From an uncultured Desulfarculus sp. (GTDB lineage: Bacteria; Desulfobacterota; Desulfarculia; Desulfarculales; Desulfarculaceae), in assembly GCA_963665125.2 (NCBI GenBank), contig CAXXUK010000001.1, forward strand, positions 1,120,001 through 1,184,000: a DNA stretch of 64,000 bases, written 5' to 3'. A program made the position numbers and the translations under genes. The notes under the pieces are model-generated. The model was given only the letters and a program-made list of their open reading frames with translations. It searched no databases and had not been told where the DNA came from. Positions within the stretch are counted from its first letter, which is position 1; every line of letters starts with the position of its first letter. Below, in pieces: positions 56,172-64,000 of this stretch.

Positions 56172-58277
56172 ATGCTGATAGAAGCATTGGCCATCGGTGG
56201 ATTGGGACTAGCCTCGGCCCTGGGCCTGGGCATAGCCGCCCGCATATTCGCCGTGGAGGTCGATCCGCTCGTTGAGGCAATCGAGGAGGCCCTGCCCGGC
56301 GCGAACTGCGGCGGCTGCGGCTTTGCCGGTTGTTCTTCATGCGCGGTGGCCATCGCCTCCGGTAAAGCCGCTGCCAACGTCTGCGTAGGCGGCGGTCCGG
56401 AAGTCGGTGAAGCCATTGCCGCGATATTGGGCGTGGAGATCTCCTTCCGCGAACCGCAAATCGCCCTGCCCGACTGCACCTATGGTACCGACCGGGCCGC
56501 GCTAAAATACGTTTATGACGGTGTTCAGGACTGCAAAGCCGCCGCTCTGTTGGCCGGTGGAGCCAAAGAGTGCGAGATCGGCTGCCTTGGCCTTGGCACC
56601 TGCGCAGCCGCTTGCCCGTTCGGCGCCATCACCATTGGCGAGGATCATCTGCCAAAGATCGATCCCCTGCTGTGCACCGGCTGCGGAACCTGCGAGCGTT
56701 CCTGTCCTAAAAACATCATTCATCTTTCTTCGATCACCGACCGCATCCTGCAGTTCAACTCTGTTGAAAACTGCGTGGCGCCCTGCCAGGCCACTTGTCC
56801 GGCCCAGATCAACATTCCGGGCTACATCAAGGCCGTGGGTGAAGGCCGCTACGAAGATGCGGTGCAGATCATCAAGGAACACAACCCGCTGCCCCTGGTC
56901 TGCGGCCGTGTCTGCCCGCATCCATGCGAGGACGCCTGCCGACGCGGCCTGGACGGCGAGCCGGTGAACATCAACCATATCAAGCGGTTTGCCGCTGACT
57001 ATGAGATGAACTCCGGCAAACGCATCCAACCGCTGGTCATGCCGTCCAACGGACGCAAGGTCGCCGTTGTCGGCGGCGGTCCCGCCGGCCTGACCGTTGC
57101 CTACTATCTGGTGCGTCTTGGTTACGTGCCCACGATCTTTGAACAGCAGCCCAAACTCGGCGGCATGCTGCGCTACGGCATCCCCGAGTACCGCCTGCCC
57201 AAGGCCATTCTCGATTGGGAATGCCAAGGCATTCTGGAGCTTGGCGTCGAAGCCAGGATGAACCAGAAGATGGGCCGCGACTTTACCATGCAGTCGCTCC
57301 AGGATGAGGGCTTCGAAGCCATCTTCGTGGGCCCCGGTTGCTGGGACAGCCGCAACATGGGCCTGGAGGGCGAAAACCTCCAGGGCGTTCTGCCCGGAAC
57401 GAACATGCTCATCGACCGCGGTCTGGAAAAGGACACGCCGGTGGGCAAGAAGGTCGTCATCATCGGCGGCGGCAACACGGCTCTGGACTGCGCCCGCACC
57501 TGCTGGCGCCTGGGCGCCGATGAAGTCACCGTACTTTACCGCCGCTCCCGTGCCGAAATGCCGGCCAACGACATCGAAGTCGAGGAAGGCGAGCACGAGG
57601 GCCTTAATTACAAGTTCCTCGCCGCCCCCACCAAGCTCATCGGCGATGAAAACGGCAAGCTCGTGGGGCTTGAGTACATCACCATGGAGCTTGGCGAGCC
57701 TGATGCGTCCGGCCGCCGCCGCCCGGTGCCCATTGAGGGTTCCGAGACGGTGATAGCGGTCGACAACGTCATCGCCGCTATCGGTCAGTTCCCCGACTTG
57801 GCCTTCCTGGAGCAGGACGGCGCTTGCAAGGACCTGACCATAAGCCGCTGGAACACAATCGAATGTGACGAGCGGCTGGGCACCACCACCATGACCGGCG
57901 TATTTGCCGCCGGTGACGGCGTGCACGGCGCCAAAACCGTTGTAGAGGCTATCGGCGCCGCCCGCAAGGCCGCCAGGTCGATCCACCTGTATCTGGGTGG
58001 CGACACTCTCGGCGATCCCCAGCAATGGGTCAAGAACCCCAAGCAGGTCAACCAGCGCGTGAAGGAAATTCCCAACGCGCCGGTCCCGGGCCAGCGCGCC
58101 AAAATGCGCGAACTCACCGTTTCCGAACGCGCCAATTCGTTCATCGAGGTCGAATTGGGGCTGTTGGAAGAAGACGCCAAGCGAGAAGCCCAGCGCTGCT
58201 TGCAGTGCGGCATTTACTGCTACAAAAAGTCCGGCGAATGCACAGATTCAACCTGTGCAAGTTGTTCGGGCTCCTAG
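56172..58277 (+). CDS. rnfB: RnfB fused to a GltD/NfnB-like FAD/NAD(P)-binding oxidoreductase domain
   Basis: LPGANCGGCG..GC, CLGLGTC...CP, CTGCGTC; then APCQATCP, CGRVCPHPCEDAC, GGGPAG, YGIPEYRLP, GGGNTA, YRRS, EAQRCLQC. Confidence 0.9.
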   Translation: MLIEALAIGGLGLASALGLGIAARIFAVEVDPLVEAIEEALPGANCGGCGFAGCSSCAVAIASGKAAANVCVGGGPEVGEAIAAILGVEISFREPQIALPDCTYGTDRAALKYVYDGVQDCKAAALLAGGAKECEIGCLGLGTCAAACPFGAITIGEDHLPKIDPLLCTGCGTCERSCPKNIIHLSSITDRILQFNSVENCVAPCQATCPAQINIPGYIKAVGEGRYEDAVQIIKEHNPLPLVCGRVCPHPCEDACRRGLDGEPVNINHIKRFAADYEMNSGKRIQPLVMPSNGRKVAVVGGGPAGLTVAYYLVRLGYVPTIFEQQPKLGGMLRYGIPEYRLPKAILDWECQGILELGVEARMNQKMGRDFTMQSLQDEGFEAIFVGPGCWDSRNMGLEGENLQGVLPGTNMLIDRGLEKDTPVGKKVVIIGGGNTALDCARTCWRLGADEVTVLYRRSRAEMPANDIEVEEGEHEGLNYKFLAAPTKLIGDENGKLVGLEYITMELGEPDASGRRRPVPIEGSETVIAVDNVIAAIGQFPDLAFLEQDGACKDLTISRWNTIECDERLGTTTMTGVFAAGDGVHGAKTVVEAIGAARKAARSIHLYLGGDTLGDPQQWVKNPKQVNQRVKEIPNAPVPGQRAKMRELTVSERANSFIEVELGLLEEDAKREAQRCLQCGIYCYKKSGECTDSTCASCSGS

Positions 58278-58290
58278 CGGGAGGATGAAA

Positions 58291-59310
58291 ATGAAATCCA
58301 CCCCGACAATGAACCGCCGTGGTTTCCTGAAGCTGGCCGGCATGGCCGGCGCTGCGGCCGCCCTGCCCCTGGTATCTCCGGCCATCGGTCTGGCCGACAT
58401 GGGCCGCAAGCTGCATGTCGCCCAGCAGACCAGGATGATGATGGGCACGCTGGTATCGGTCACTATCGTTGACAGCTCACCGGCCCTGGCCCAGGACGCC
58501 ATGAACAAAACATTTGACCGCATGGCCTCCCTGACGCCGATCTTTGACCGGCACAGCGGAGCGGGCCTGCTCAACGCACTGAACACCAGCGGCAGCATAA
58601 CCGCGATGCCCGCCGAGCTGAGCAAGGTCATCGATCTGTGCCAGAGCGTGCATCGGCTCAGCGGCGGCGCCTTTGACATCACCGTGGCTCCGATCATCGA
58701 CGCCTACCGCCAGAGCTTCGCCGCTTCCGGCCGTGCTCCCAGCAAGGACGAACTGCGGGCCGCCATGAACACCATGGGCGGCGTTAGCGTAAACGGCAAC
58801 GCCATGGCCATCACCCGCCAAGGCGCTGGCGTGACCCTCGACGGCGTGGCCAAGGGCTACCTGGTTGACCAGGGCCTGGCGGCGGCCAAGGCCGCAGGCG
58901 CCTCGCACGTGTTGATCAACGCCGGCGGAGACGTGGGCGTATTGGGCGACCGCGGCAACGGCCAGCCCTGGCGCGTGGCCGTATCCGATCCGGCCGAGCC
59001 CAGCAAGGCCAAGGCGGTTATCTCGCTGACCAGCGGCGCGGTGGCCACCAGCGGCAACTACGAGGTCTACTTCGACCGTGACAAGCTCTATCATCACATC
59101 ATAGACCCCGCGACGGGCGCCAGCCCCCGCATGGACACCAGCGTCAGCGTTCGGGCCGGCTCCGCCGCTCTGGCCGACGCCCTGTCCACGGCCTGCTTTG
59201 TGATGGAGCCCAAGGCCGCCCGCAAGCTGCTTGCGAGCAACCAGGGCCTGGACGGCATGATCCTGACCCGTCAAGGCCAGCGCTATATGACCGAAGGATT
59301 CGCCGGCTAG
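58291..59310 (+). CDS. apbE: FAD:protein FMN transferase (ApbE) with Tat signal
   Basis: RRGFLK, MGT, GAFDITV, AKGY, NAGGD, ATSGNYE, HHIIDP, ADALSTA. Confidence 0.93.
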   Translation: MKSTPTMNRRGFLKLAGMAGAAAALPLVSPAIGLADMGRKLHVAQQTRMMMGTLVSVTIVDSSPALAQDAMNKTFDRMASLTPIFDRHSGAGLLNALNTSGSITAMPAELSKVIDLCQSVHRLSGGAFDITVAPIIDAYRQSFAASGRAPSKDELRAAMNTMGGVSVNGNAMAITRQGAGVTLDGVAKGYLVDQGLAAAKAAGASHVLINAGGDVGVLGDRGNGQPWRVAVSDPAEPSKAKAVISLTSGAVATSGNYEVYFDRDKLYHHIIDPATGASPRMDTSVSVRAGSAALADALSTACFVMEPKAARKLLASNQGLDGMILTRQGQRYMTEGFAG

Positions 59311-59334
59311 GCAATCCGACCGTCAGCCATGTAT

Positions 59335-59368
59335 CGGCCCCGCCCTTTTCGCGGCGGGGCCGTTTTTT
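59335..59368 (+). terminator. rho-independent terminator of the rnf-apbE operon
   Basis: CGGCCCCGCC-loop-GGCGGGGCCG followed by TTTTTT. Confidence 0.88.
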
Positions 59369-59551
59369 ATTGTAACCGGCAAGAGTTGCCATGTTTATCA
59401 GAGCCCAACACCAGCCGCCGGCCACCAACCCCGCCTCAACAAGGGAATCCAACTTTTTCATTTATCAATTTTGATAATCCATGCCCCTGTGGCCAGCCGC
59501 TTTCCACAAAACAGCACGTCAATTGTTCACCTTTTCTCACGCCAGTCTAAT

Positions 59552-59567
59552 TGGCCCGGCAATTGCT
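59552..59567 (+). promoter_or_regulatory. sigma54-type promoter
   Basis: TGGCCCGGCAATTGCT with exact GG-N10-GC spacing. Confidence 0.6.
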
Positions 59568-59602
59568 AGGGATTATAATGTAATTAGGGAAAGGAGGCAG
59601 CC

Positions 59603-60100
59603 ATGCTAAATAACACTATCACGCCAAGTTCCATTGGCATCGAACGGCTGATTCAGGTGCTTGGCCTACCCTCCCATGATCAAACCGCGGGCATGGGGTT
59701 TGCCGTGACCGAAAAGGTTTTTCGCAAAATGGTCTATTTCATCGGGCGCACCTTTTTCGGCGCAGTCGGCCTTTGCCTGGAACCGGGCAAGGAATTTAAA
59801 AGCTTTACCGTATTCCCGGCCCCGGATATGGACTGGCACCGTTGCGCCTTTTGGATGGGTCACCTGGTGAACTTGGCCGCCGACGAAGAGATCATGGCCG
59901 GCCCGGAACAATTCTTGGCGCCAAACGGATATAAGGGCCAGAGACGAGTATACGAAGACTACAGGCGTGCCGTGATGGACAACCTTGACCTATTGCCCGC
60001 TGGCGCACGCAGCTTCGGGCTGCGCTCACCAGGCGAAGCCCTGCTCATCGCCTTGGCCAAGGTTCATCAAAAGGCCGTGGAAAACAGCGACGCCGCATAA
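59603..60100 (+). CDS. hypothetical protein
   Basis: AGGAGG RBS; 165 aa; followed by terminator. Confidence 0.7.
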   Translation: MLNNTITPSSIGIERLIQVLGLPSHDQTAGMGFAVTEKVFRKMVYFIGRTFFGAVGLCLEPGKEFKSFTVFPAPDMDWHRCAFWMGHLVNLAADEEIMAGPEQFLAPNGYKGQRRVYEDYRRAVMDNLDLLPAGARSFGLRSPGEALLIALAKVHQKAVENSDAA

Positions 60101-60134
60101 AAAAACGGACCGCCCGATGGGCGGTCCGCAAAAA
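60100..60134. terminator. terminator between convergent genes (T-run on minus strand)
   Basis: AAAAAA-CGGACCGCCC-GAT-GGGCGGTCCG. Confidence 0.8.
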
Positions 60135-60152
60135 TGAACCACTGGGGAATGA

Positions 60153-60611
60153 TCAGGCCACGGCCACAACCGTGACTTCACTGAGGCTCTTGAGCACGCT
60201 GGTGGCCAGCGAGCCGAAAATGCTGCTTCTGTCGCCCTTGCTGCCCACCACAACGGTGCCAAAGCCGCCGTTTCTGACTACATCGACGATATCTTTGGCA
60301 ATGCCCTTCTTGCGCTCCATGGCCGTGATCTTGATCTGGTCTTCGTCAAAACCCATGCGGCAAAGATGCTTCTTGGATTCGGCCATGTTCTCTTCCACGG
60401 ACGCCCGTTCCCTTTTGATGGCTTCAATATTCGAACGGACCTTGTTGGTGAAGGGTGTCTCCACCATTTCATAATCCGGCGCCTTGTCGTATACGGAAAA
60501 AATGGTGACCTTCACCCCCTCCACGCGGGAAAACATCTGTCCGACATACTCAACCGCGCGCAGGGCTGTCTGAGAATTGTCATACGCCAACAGTACATTG
60601 GTCCACAGCAT
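60153..60611 (-). CDS. universal stress protein
   Basis: VLLAYDNSQTALRAVEY, VVVGSKG, IFGSLATSVL. Confidence 0.88.
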   Translation of the reverse strand: MLWTNVLLAYDNSQTALRAVEYVGQMFSRVEGVKVTIFSVYDKAPDYEMVETPFTNKVRSNIEAIKRERASVEENMAESKKHLCRMGFDEDQIKITAMERKKGIAKDIVDVVRNGGFGTVVVGSKGDRSSIFGSLATSVLKSLSEVTVVAVA

Positions 60612-61086
60612 CCGGTCCTCCATCTTCATCAGCTTTAGCGATTACCCTGACCACCTTCACGGCCAGGTGTTCACTGCCGGCCAGCCTTTTGGACAGGCGG
60701 CTCACCCCGAACCAGCACAGCGCCAACAACGACAGCCCCAAAACAACGGCGGACACCTGGGAGTCGTAACCGTATCTCGGGCCATAGGCCTTGCCCAAGG
60801 CGGCGCCCAAAATCAGGGCTATGACCGGAACCATGTAAACCATGAATCCGGCTCCCAGAACACCCTTACGCTTGGCCGCGACCAAAACTCGATCCCCTTC
60901 GTCCGCTCCGGCTTCATTGATTGCCGGAACCAGGCGGATTTTTTCGCCGCCCATCATCTGGCAGGCCCCCTTGGCCGCGCAATGTGAGCAGGCCTCGGTC
61001 TGAACCGTTTCAACCATGGCCAGTCCGCCTCGAATTTCGCGGACAAAGCCTTGTTCCGTCATATGTGATGCTTTGCTGGTTTCCAT
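60580..61086 (-). CDS. RseC/MucC-family protein
   Basis: EQGFV, ACSHCAAKGAC, A.EGDRV, VYMVPV, two TM helices. Confidence 0.82.
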   Translation of the reverse strand: METSKASHMTEQGFVREIRGGLAMVETVQTEACSHCAAKGACQMMGGEKIRLVPAINEAGADEGDRVLVAAKRKGVLGAGFMVYMVPVIALILGAALGKAYGPRYGYDSQVSAVVLGLSLLALCWFGVSRLSKRLAGSEHLAVKVVRVIAKADEDGGPDAVDQCTVGV

Positions 61087-61152
61087 AATACTCATATTAC
61101 CATGTTTGAACGGCCCGGCGTAAACCAAAGCCTTATGTAAACATTCAACGTT

Positions 61153-61848
61153 TTATTGCTGCAGAACACCGATCCAATGCCCCAAAGGTAGGCCGTTAAG
61201 GACCGGTTTGGCCATTATTCGTTGCAATGCCTGTCCCAGACGCTGTTGATGCCGTGGCGGTGCGGGTATGCCGGGCAGGTTCTCACAGATCAGCAAAGGT
61301 CTATTCTCACCGCATGCGGCCGCATACACGTCCGCCATGAGGCCGTAGGCGCCCCCTACTGCCGCCTGCTCCACCAATTGGCTGAAGACAAGGCCAAGCG
61401 TGACATACCATTCGTCCATCATGGCCGGGCTACCCGGCCCGCACTTTTCCATGGACATCATCATTCGGCAAGCCAATGGCCTTGCCTCGTATACCGAGCA
61501 GGCGCCATTGGCATCTAAAAAAGGACATATACCAGGGATGGTGGTGGGGGTTTGTTCCTCCGGCGGCTCCTGGCCACCCAGAAACATCCTTGCAAACTGA
61601 TTGGGCGTTGTTGCTGGACGGGCGGCCGGGTCAACAGTTATCTCGGCCAAGGCTCTCAAGGTATTTTCTTGGCCATTGGCTTGCGCAAGATCCGCCAAAA
61701 TCTGCATTTCCAGCGTCGTAAGCATTACCCGGTCGGTGCAACAAACCGCGCAGCCGCTTTCACAGGCCCAAATCGTTGCGCCGACATGCTCGTCAAAGGC
61801 ATTATATAATGAGACCAGGGTTTTTAGGGCAATGTATTGTTTATCCAT
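61153..61848 (-). CDS. YkgJ-family cysteine-cluster protein
   Basis: CESGCAVCC, CPFL...CSVYEARPLACR. Confidence 0.85.
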   Translation of the reverse strand: MDKQYIALKTLVSLYNAFDEHVGATIWACESGCAVCCTDRVMLTTLEMQILADLAQANGQENTLRALAEITVDPAARPATTPNQFARMFLGGQEPPEEQTPTTIPGICPFLDANGACSVYEARPLACRMMMSMEKCGPGSPAMMDEWYVTLGLVFSQLVEQAAVGGAYGLMADVYAAACGENRPLLICENLPGIPAPPRHQQRLGQALQRIMAKPVLNGLPLGHWIGVLQQ

Positions 61849-61896
61849 GCGTGTTCAGTTTCCACACCGGGCGCCATACTTCGTTGAGCATGCGAA

Positions 61897-61925
61897 TTGA
61901 CAGTCCTCACAATGCTTTCTATACT
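61897..61925 (+). promoter_or_regulatory. near-consensus sigma70 promoter
   Basis: TTGACA-N17-TATACT. Confidence 0.75.
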
Positions 61926-61991
61926 CCTTTGTAGCCCAGGGGGCCACTTATTCAAGACTGTTTTGCCCAATATGACGTGAAAGGACCATCA

Positions 61992-62138
61992 ATGAACAAG
62001 ATCACCCCGCCCAGACAACGGGAAGTACAGTGCCCTAAATGCAAAAGAAGTTTTAAAACTAGTTTATTGTCATTGGCCTACTGCCCATATTGCAGGACTC
62101 CTGTCAAATTGGAGCCAGGCTTCAGCCCCAACCGGTAA
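61992..62138 (+). CDS. 48-aa zinc-ribbon microprotein
   Basis: Not in ORF track; MNKITPPRQREVQCPKCKRSFKTSLLSLAYCPYCRTPVKLEPGFSPNR, AAGGA RBS, strong promoter upstream. Confidence 0.65.
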   Translation: MNKITPPRQREVQCPKCKRSFKTSLLSLAYCPYCRTPVKLEPGFSPNR

Positions 62139-62201
62139 GCCGAAGGTAGGGTTACAGATAGTAGCCATACAATCAAATAATAAATTAATTCCGGGCGGTT
62201 A

Positions 62202-63191
62202 ATGCACAACAGCACATCAAATACAGGTTCACGACCCACGGTTTTTCCCGGCTATGTCAGTTTTGAGCTTTCAAACCTGATTCACGATACGCTTACACCT
62301 TGCGATGTGTTTTTCGAAGTCTATAGCGAACGCCTCGGCCGAAACAGCCTTACATTGGCCCTCAGAAAAGATCAAACGGTTGAACCGGTTATCCTTGAAG
62401 ACCTTGCATCACAGGGTGTTGTCCACTCTTACGCAAAACAGGAGGATCTTGGCAGCCTCCAGCAATATCTGTTCATGATGTCGGCGGACAACTTCTCCGG
62501 CCTATCCAAGCAAGAGCGCGTGGAACTGTTGTATGATGCGGCCGTTTGCACCATCAAATCGGCCATGCTCGAACCCAGAAACGGACGACGCTTGGCAATG
62601 GGCGTGCGTGTGGTGCGCAATATGGTCAGCACGATTTATGAAAGCATGCTGAACATTAAGCGGCTTCTTGCCCTGATGACCATTAGCAATGACATTTTCA
62701 ACCACTCCATCAAGACCTGCCTATTGGGTGCTGGTTTCGCCAAATTCCTGGGATGGACGCAAAAAGATACCGAAGAACTGGCTTTGTCCCTTTACTACCA
62801 TGACCTGGGGCTCGTGGTTTACGGTGACAACGATGAACCCAATCCCTTTGGCGTCAATCTTCAGCTTGAGGAAACGGACCAGGATCACCCAACCCGCTCG
62901 CGTGATTTTTTAACCCAGTTGCCCGAAGCCAATCCTCGCGTGCTGGATACCGTGCAAAACCATCATGAGAACATGGACTGCAGCGGATTTCCCCGAGGGT
63001 TGTGCGCCGACAAGCTCTCCGAGGCGTCGAGGATTGCCAGAATTGCCGATTTTTATGAACTCCGCACCTCGGGCGACAACCAAAACAGTTCGCCGTATGT
63101 CGCCCTGCGGATGATGAATATCGAGTTGGCCCAACAGCTCGATCAAAAGCTGGTCCACGAATTCGTAGTTTTTCTCGGGCGGTTATCGTAA
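62202..63191 (+). CDS. HD-GYP domain protein (putative cyclic dinucleotide phosphodiesterase)
   Basis: NHS, YHDLG, HHENMDCSGFPRG, ARIAD. Confidence 0.82.
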   Translation: MHNSTSNTGSRPTVFPGYVSFELSNLIHDTLTPCDVFFEVYSERLGRNSLTLALRKDQTVEPVILEDLASQGVVHSYAKQEDLGSLQQYLFMMSADNFSGLSKQERVELLYDAAVCTIKSAMLEPRNGRRLAMGVRVVRNMVSTIYESMLNIKRLLALMTISNDIFNHSIKTCLLGAGFAKFLGWTQKDTEELALSLYYHDLGLVVYGDNDEPNPFGVNLQLEETDQDHPTRSRDFLTQLPEANPRVLDTVQNHHENMDCSGFPRGLCADKLSEASRIARIADFYELRTSGDNQNSSPYVALRMMNIELAQQLDQKLVHEFVVFLGRLS

Positions 63192-63236
63192 TGGCGGCCT
63201 GATCGATCTTGCAATAAAATGAATGAGGGAGGAAAA

Positions 63237-63830
63237 ATGAATAAAGCCGCGAAAATAATCATGCTGGCCGTTTCCGCAATGATCCTGGCCGCGACCGCCA
63301 ATGCAGACCAGATTACGGACCAGGTTAACGCGGGCATCAAGCTGTACGAGGAAGGCAAGATAAGCAAGGCCATCAACGAGATAGATTTCGCCCTGGGCCA
63401 GATGCGCCAAAAGCAGGCAGAGGCCATAGCGGCGCTTATACCCGAAAAGGTGGAGGGTTGGACCGCTAAAAAAGTTAAAACAAGCGGCAACCAGTCAATA
63501 ATGGGCGCGGGCACCATTGCCTCGCGGTCATACAAACAAGATGGCGGCAAGGGCAAGGTCCAGATCGAGATCATGCGCCTTGGCCAGGGCATGGGCATGA
63601 TGTTCAACCCGATGATGCTCCAACGCATGGGTGGCGGCAAGCCAGTCCTGATCGGCGGCATGAAGGGCACTATCATCGAAAAGGGCGAAACCGAAGCCCA
63701 ACTGGTTCTGACTCCGGCCAACGAACACATCTTGAAAATCGAAGTGTTACAGACCGAAGACCCCGGCGATGTCGCCGAAGAATTCGCCGGTGCCATGGAT
63801 CTGGCCAAAATAGTTGAGTTGTTACAATAA
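63237..63830 (+). CDS. secreted hypothetical protein
   Basis: GGAGG RBS, signal peptide ending ANA. Confidence 0.72.
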   Translation: MNKAAKIIMLAVSAMILAATANADQITDQVNAGIKLYEEGKISKAINEIDFALGQMRQKQAEAIAALIPEKVEGWTAKKVKTSGNQSIMGAGTIASRSYKQDGGKGKVQIEIMRLGQGMGMMFNPMMLQRMGGGKPVLIGGMKGTIIEKGETEAQLVLTPANEHILKIEVLQTEDPGDVAEEFAGAMDLAKIVELLQ

Positions 63831-63853
63831 CCCAAATTGAAAGGGTTTATACG

Positions 63854-64000
63854 ATGAAGGCAGGAATAATCTTCACTGGCACTGGTCCGATTTTGGTCCT
63901 GACAAGCTACGCGTCATTGGGCGACGCGGATTTCGCTCAAAAGATGTCACGCAAGGGCATTATGAAATTTATAGCCCACGAGTTGGACACCGAACTGGTC
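63854..64000 (+). CDS. hypothetical protein, N-terminal part (runs off window edge)
   Basis: Open from ATG 63854: MKAGIIFTGTGPILVLTSY...KGIMKFIAHE. Confidence 0.6.
   Translation, partial: MKAGIIFTGTGPILVLTSYASLGDADFAQKMSRKGIMKFIAHELDTELV

Noticed and set aside
62120..62200. c-di-GMP riboswitch or sigma28 promoter before the HD-GYP gene
   Set aside because: GEMM core motifs absent; GCCGAAGG lacks a properly spaced -35 element
1..64000. CRISPR array, tRNA/rRNA, IS or prophage
   Set aside because: None recognised by eye; the PD-(D/E)xK/Fe-S domains belong to AddAB, not Cas4

Overview
GC-rich bacterial chromosomal window. Gene content (Rnf, IorAB, multiheme cytochromes, YeeE/TusA, beta-oxidation, AddAB) suggests an anaerobic, fatty-acid-oxidising Desulfobacterota (deltaproteobacterial) organism; the taxon is an inference. 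No rRNA, tRNA, CRISPR array, transposase or phage gene was recognised. Main blocks in order: addB-addA-recD2; a four-gene peptidoglycan/cell-shape operon (Csd6-like YkuD protein, membrane protein, Csd4-like M99 peptidase, bactofilin); fadN-fadA under a FadR/YsiA-like palindrome; a sigma28-type promoter before a small ORF and an orphan flgG-like gene; an acyl-CoA ligase; glycosylation genes; tolC-ftsEX-envC-ctpA-deacetylase; yeeE-tusA beside two paralogous 10-12-heme cytochromes and a split Rieske/cytochrome b6 module; iorAB; a two-component pair under Rex-like boxes; and rnfCDGEAB-apbE with a degenerate RnfC and an RnfB fused to a GltD/NfnB-like domain. The best candidates for an undescribed system are the re-wired Rnf complex, the multiheme-Rieske/cyt b-sulfur-carrier locus, and the Helicobacter-like cell-shape operon. 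All family calls come from recognising motifs by eye; no searches were run.
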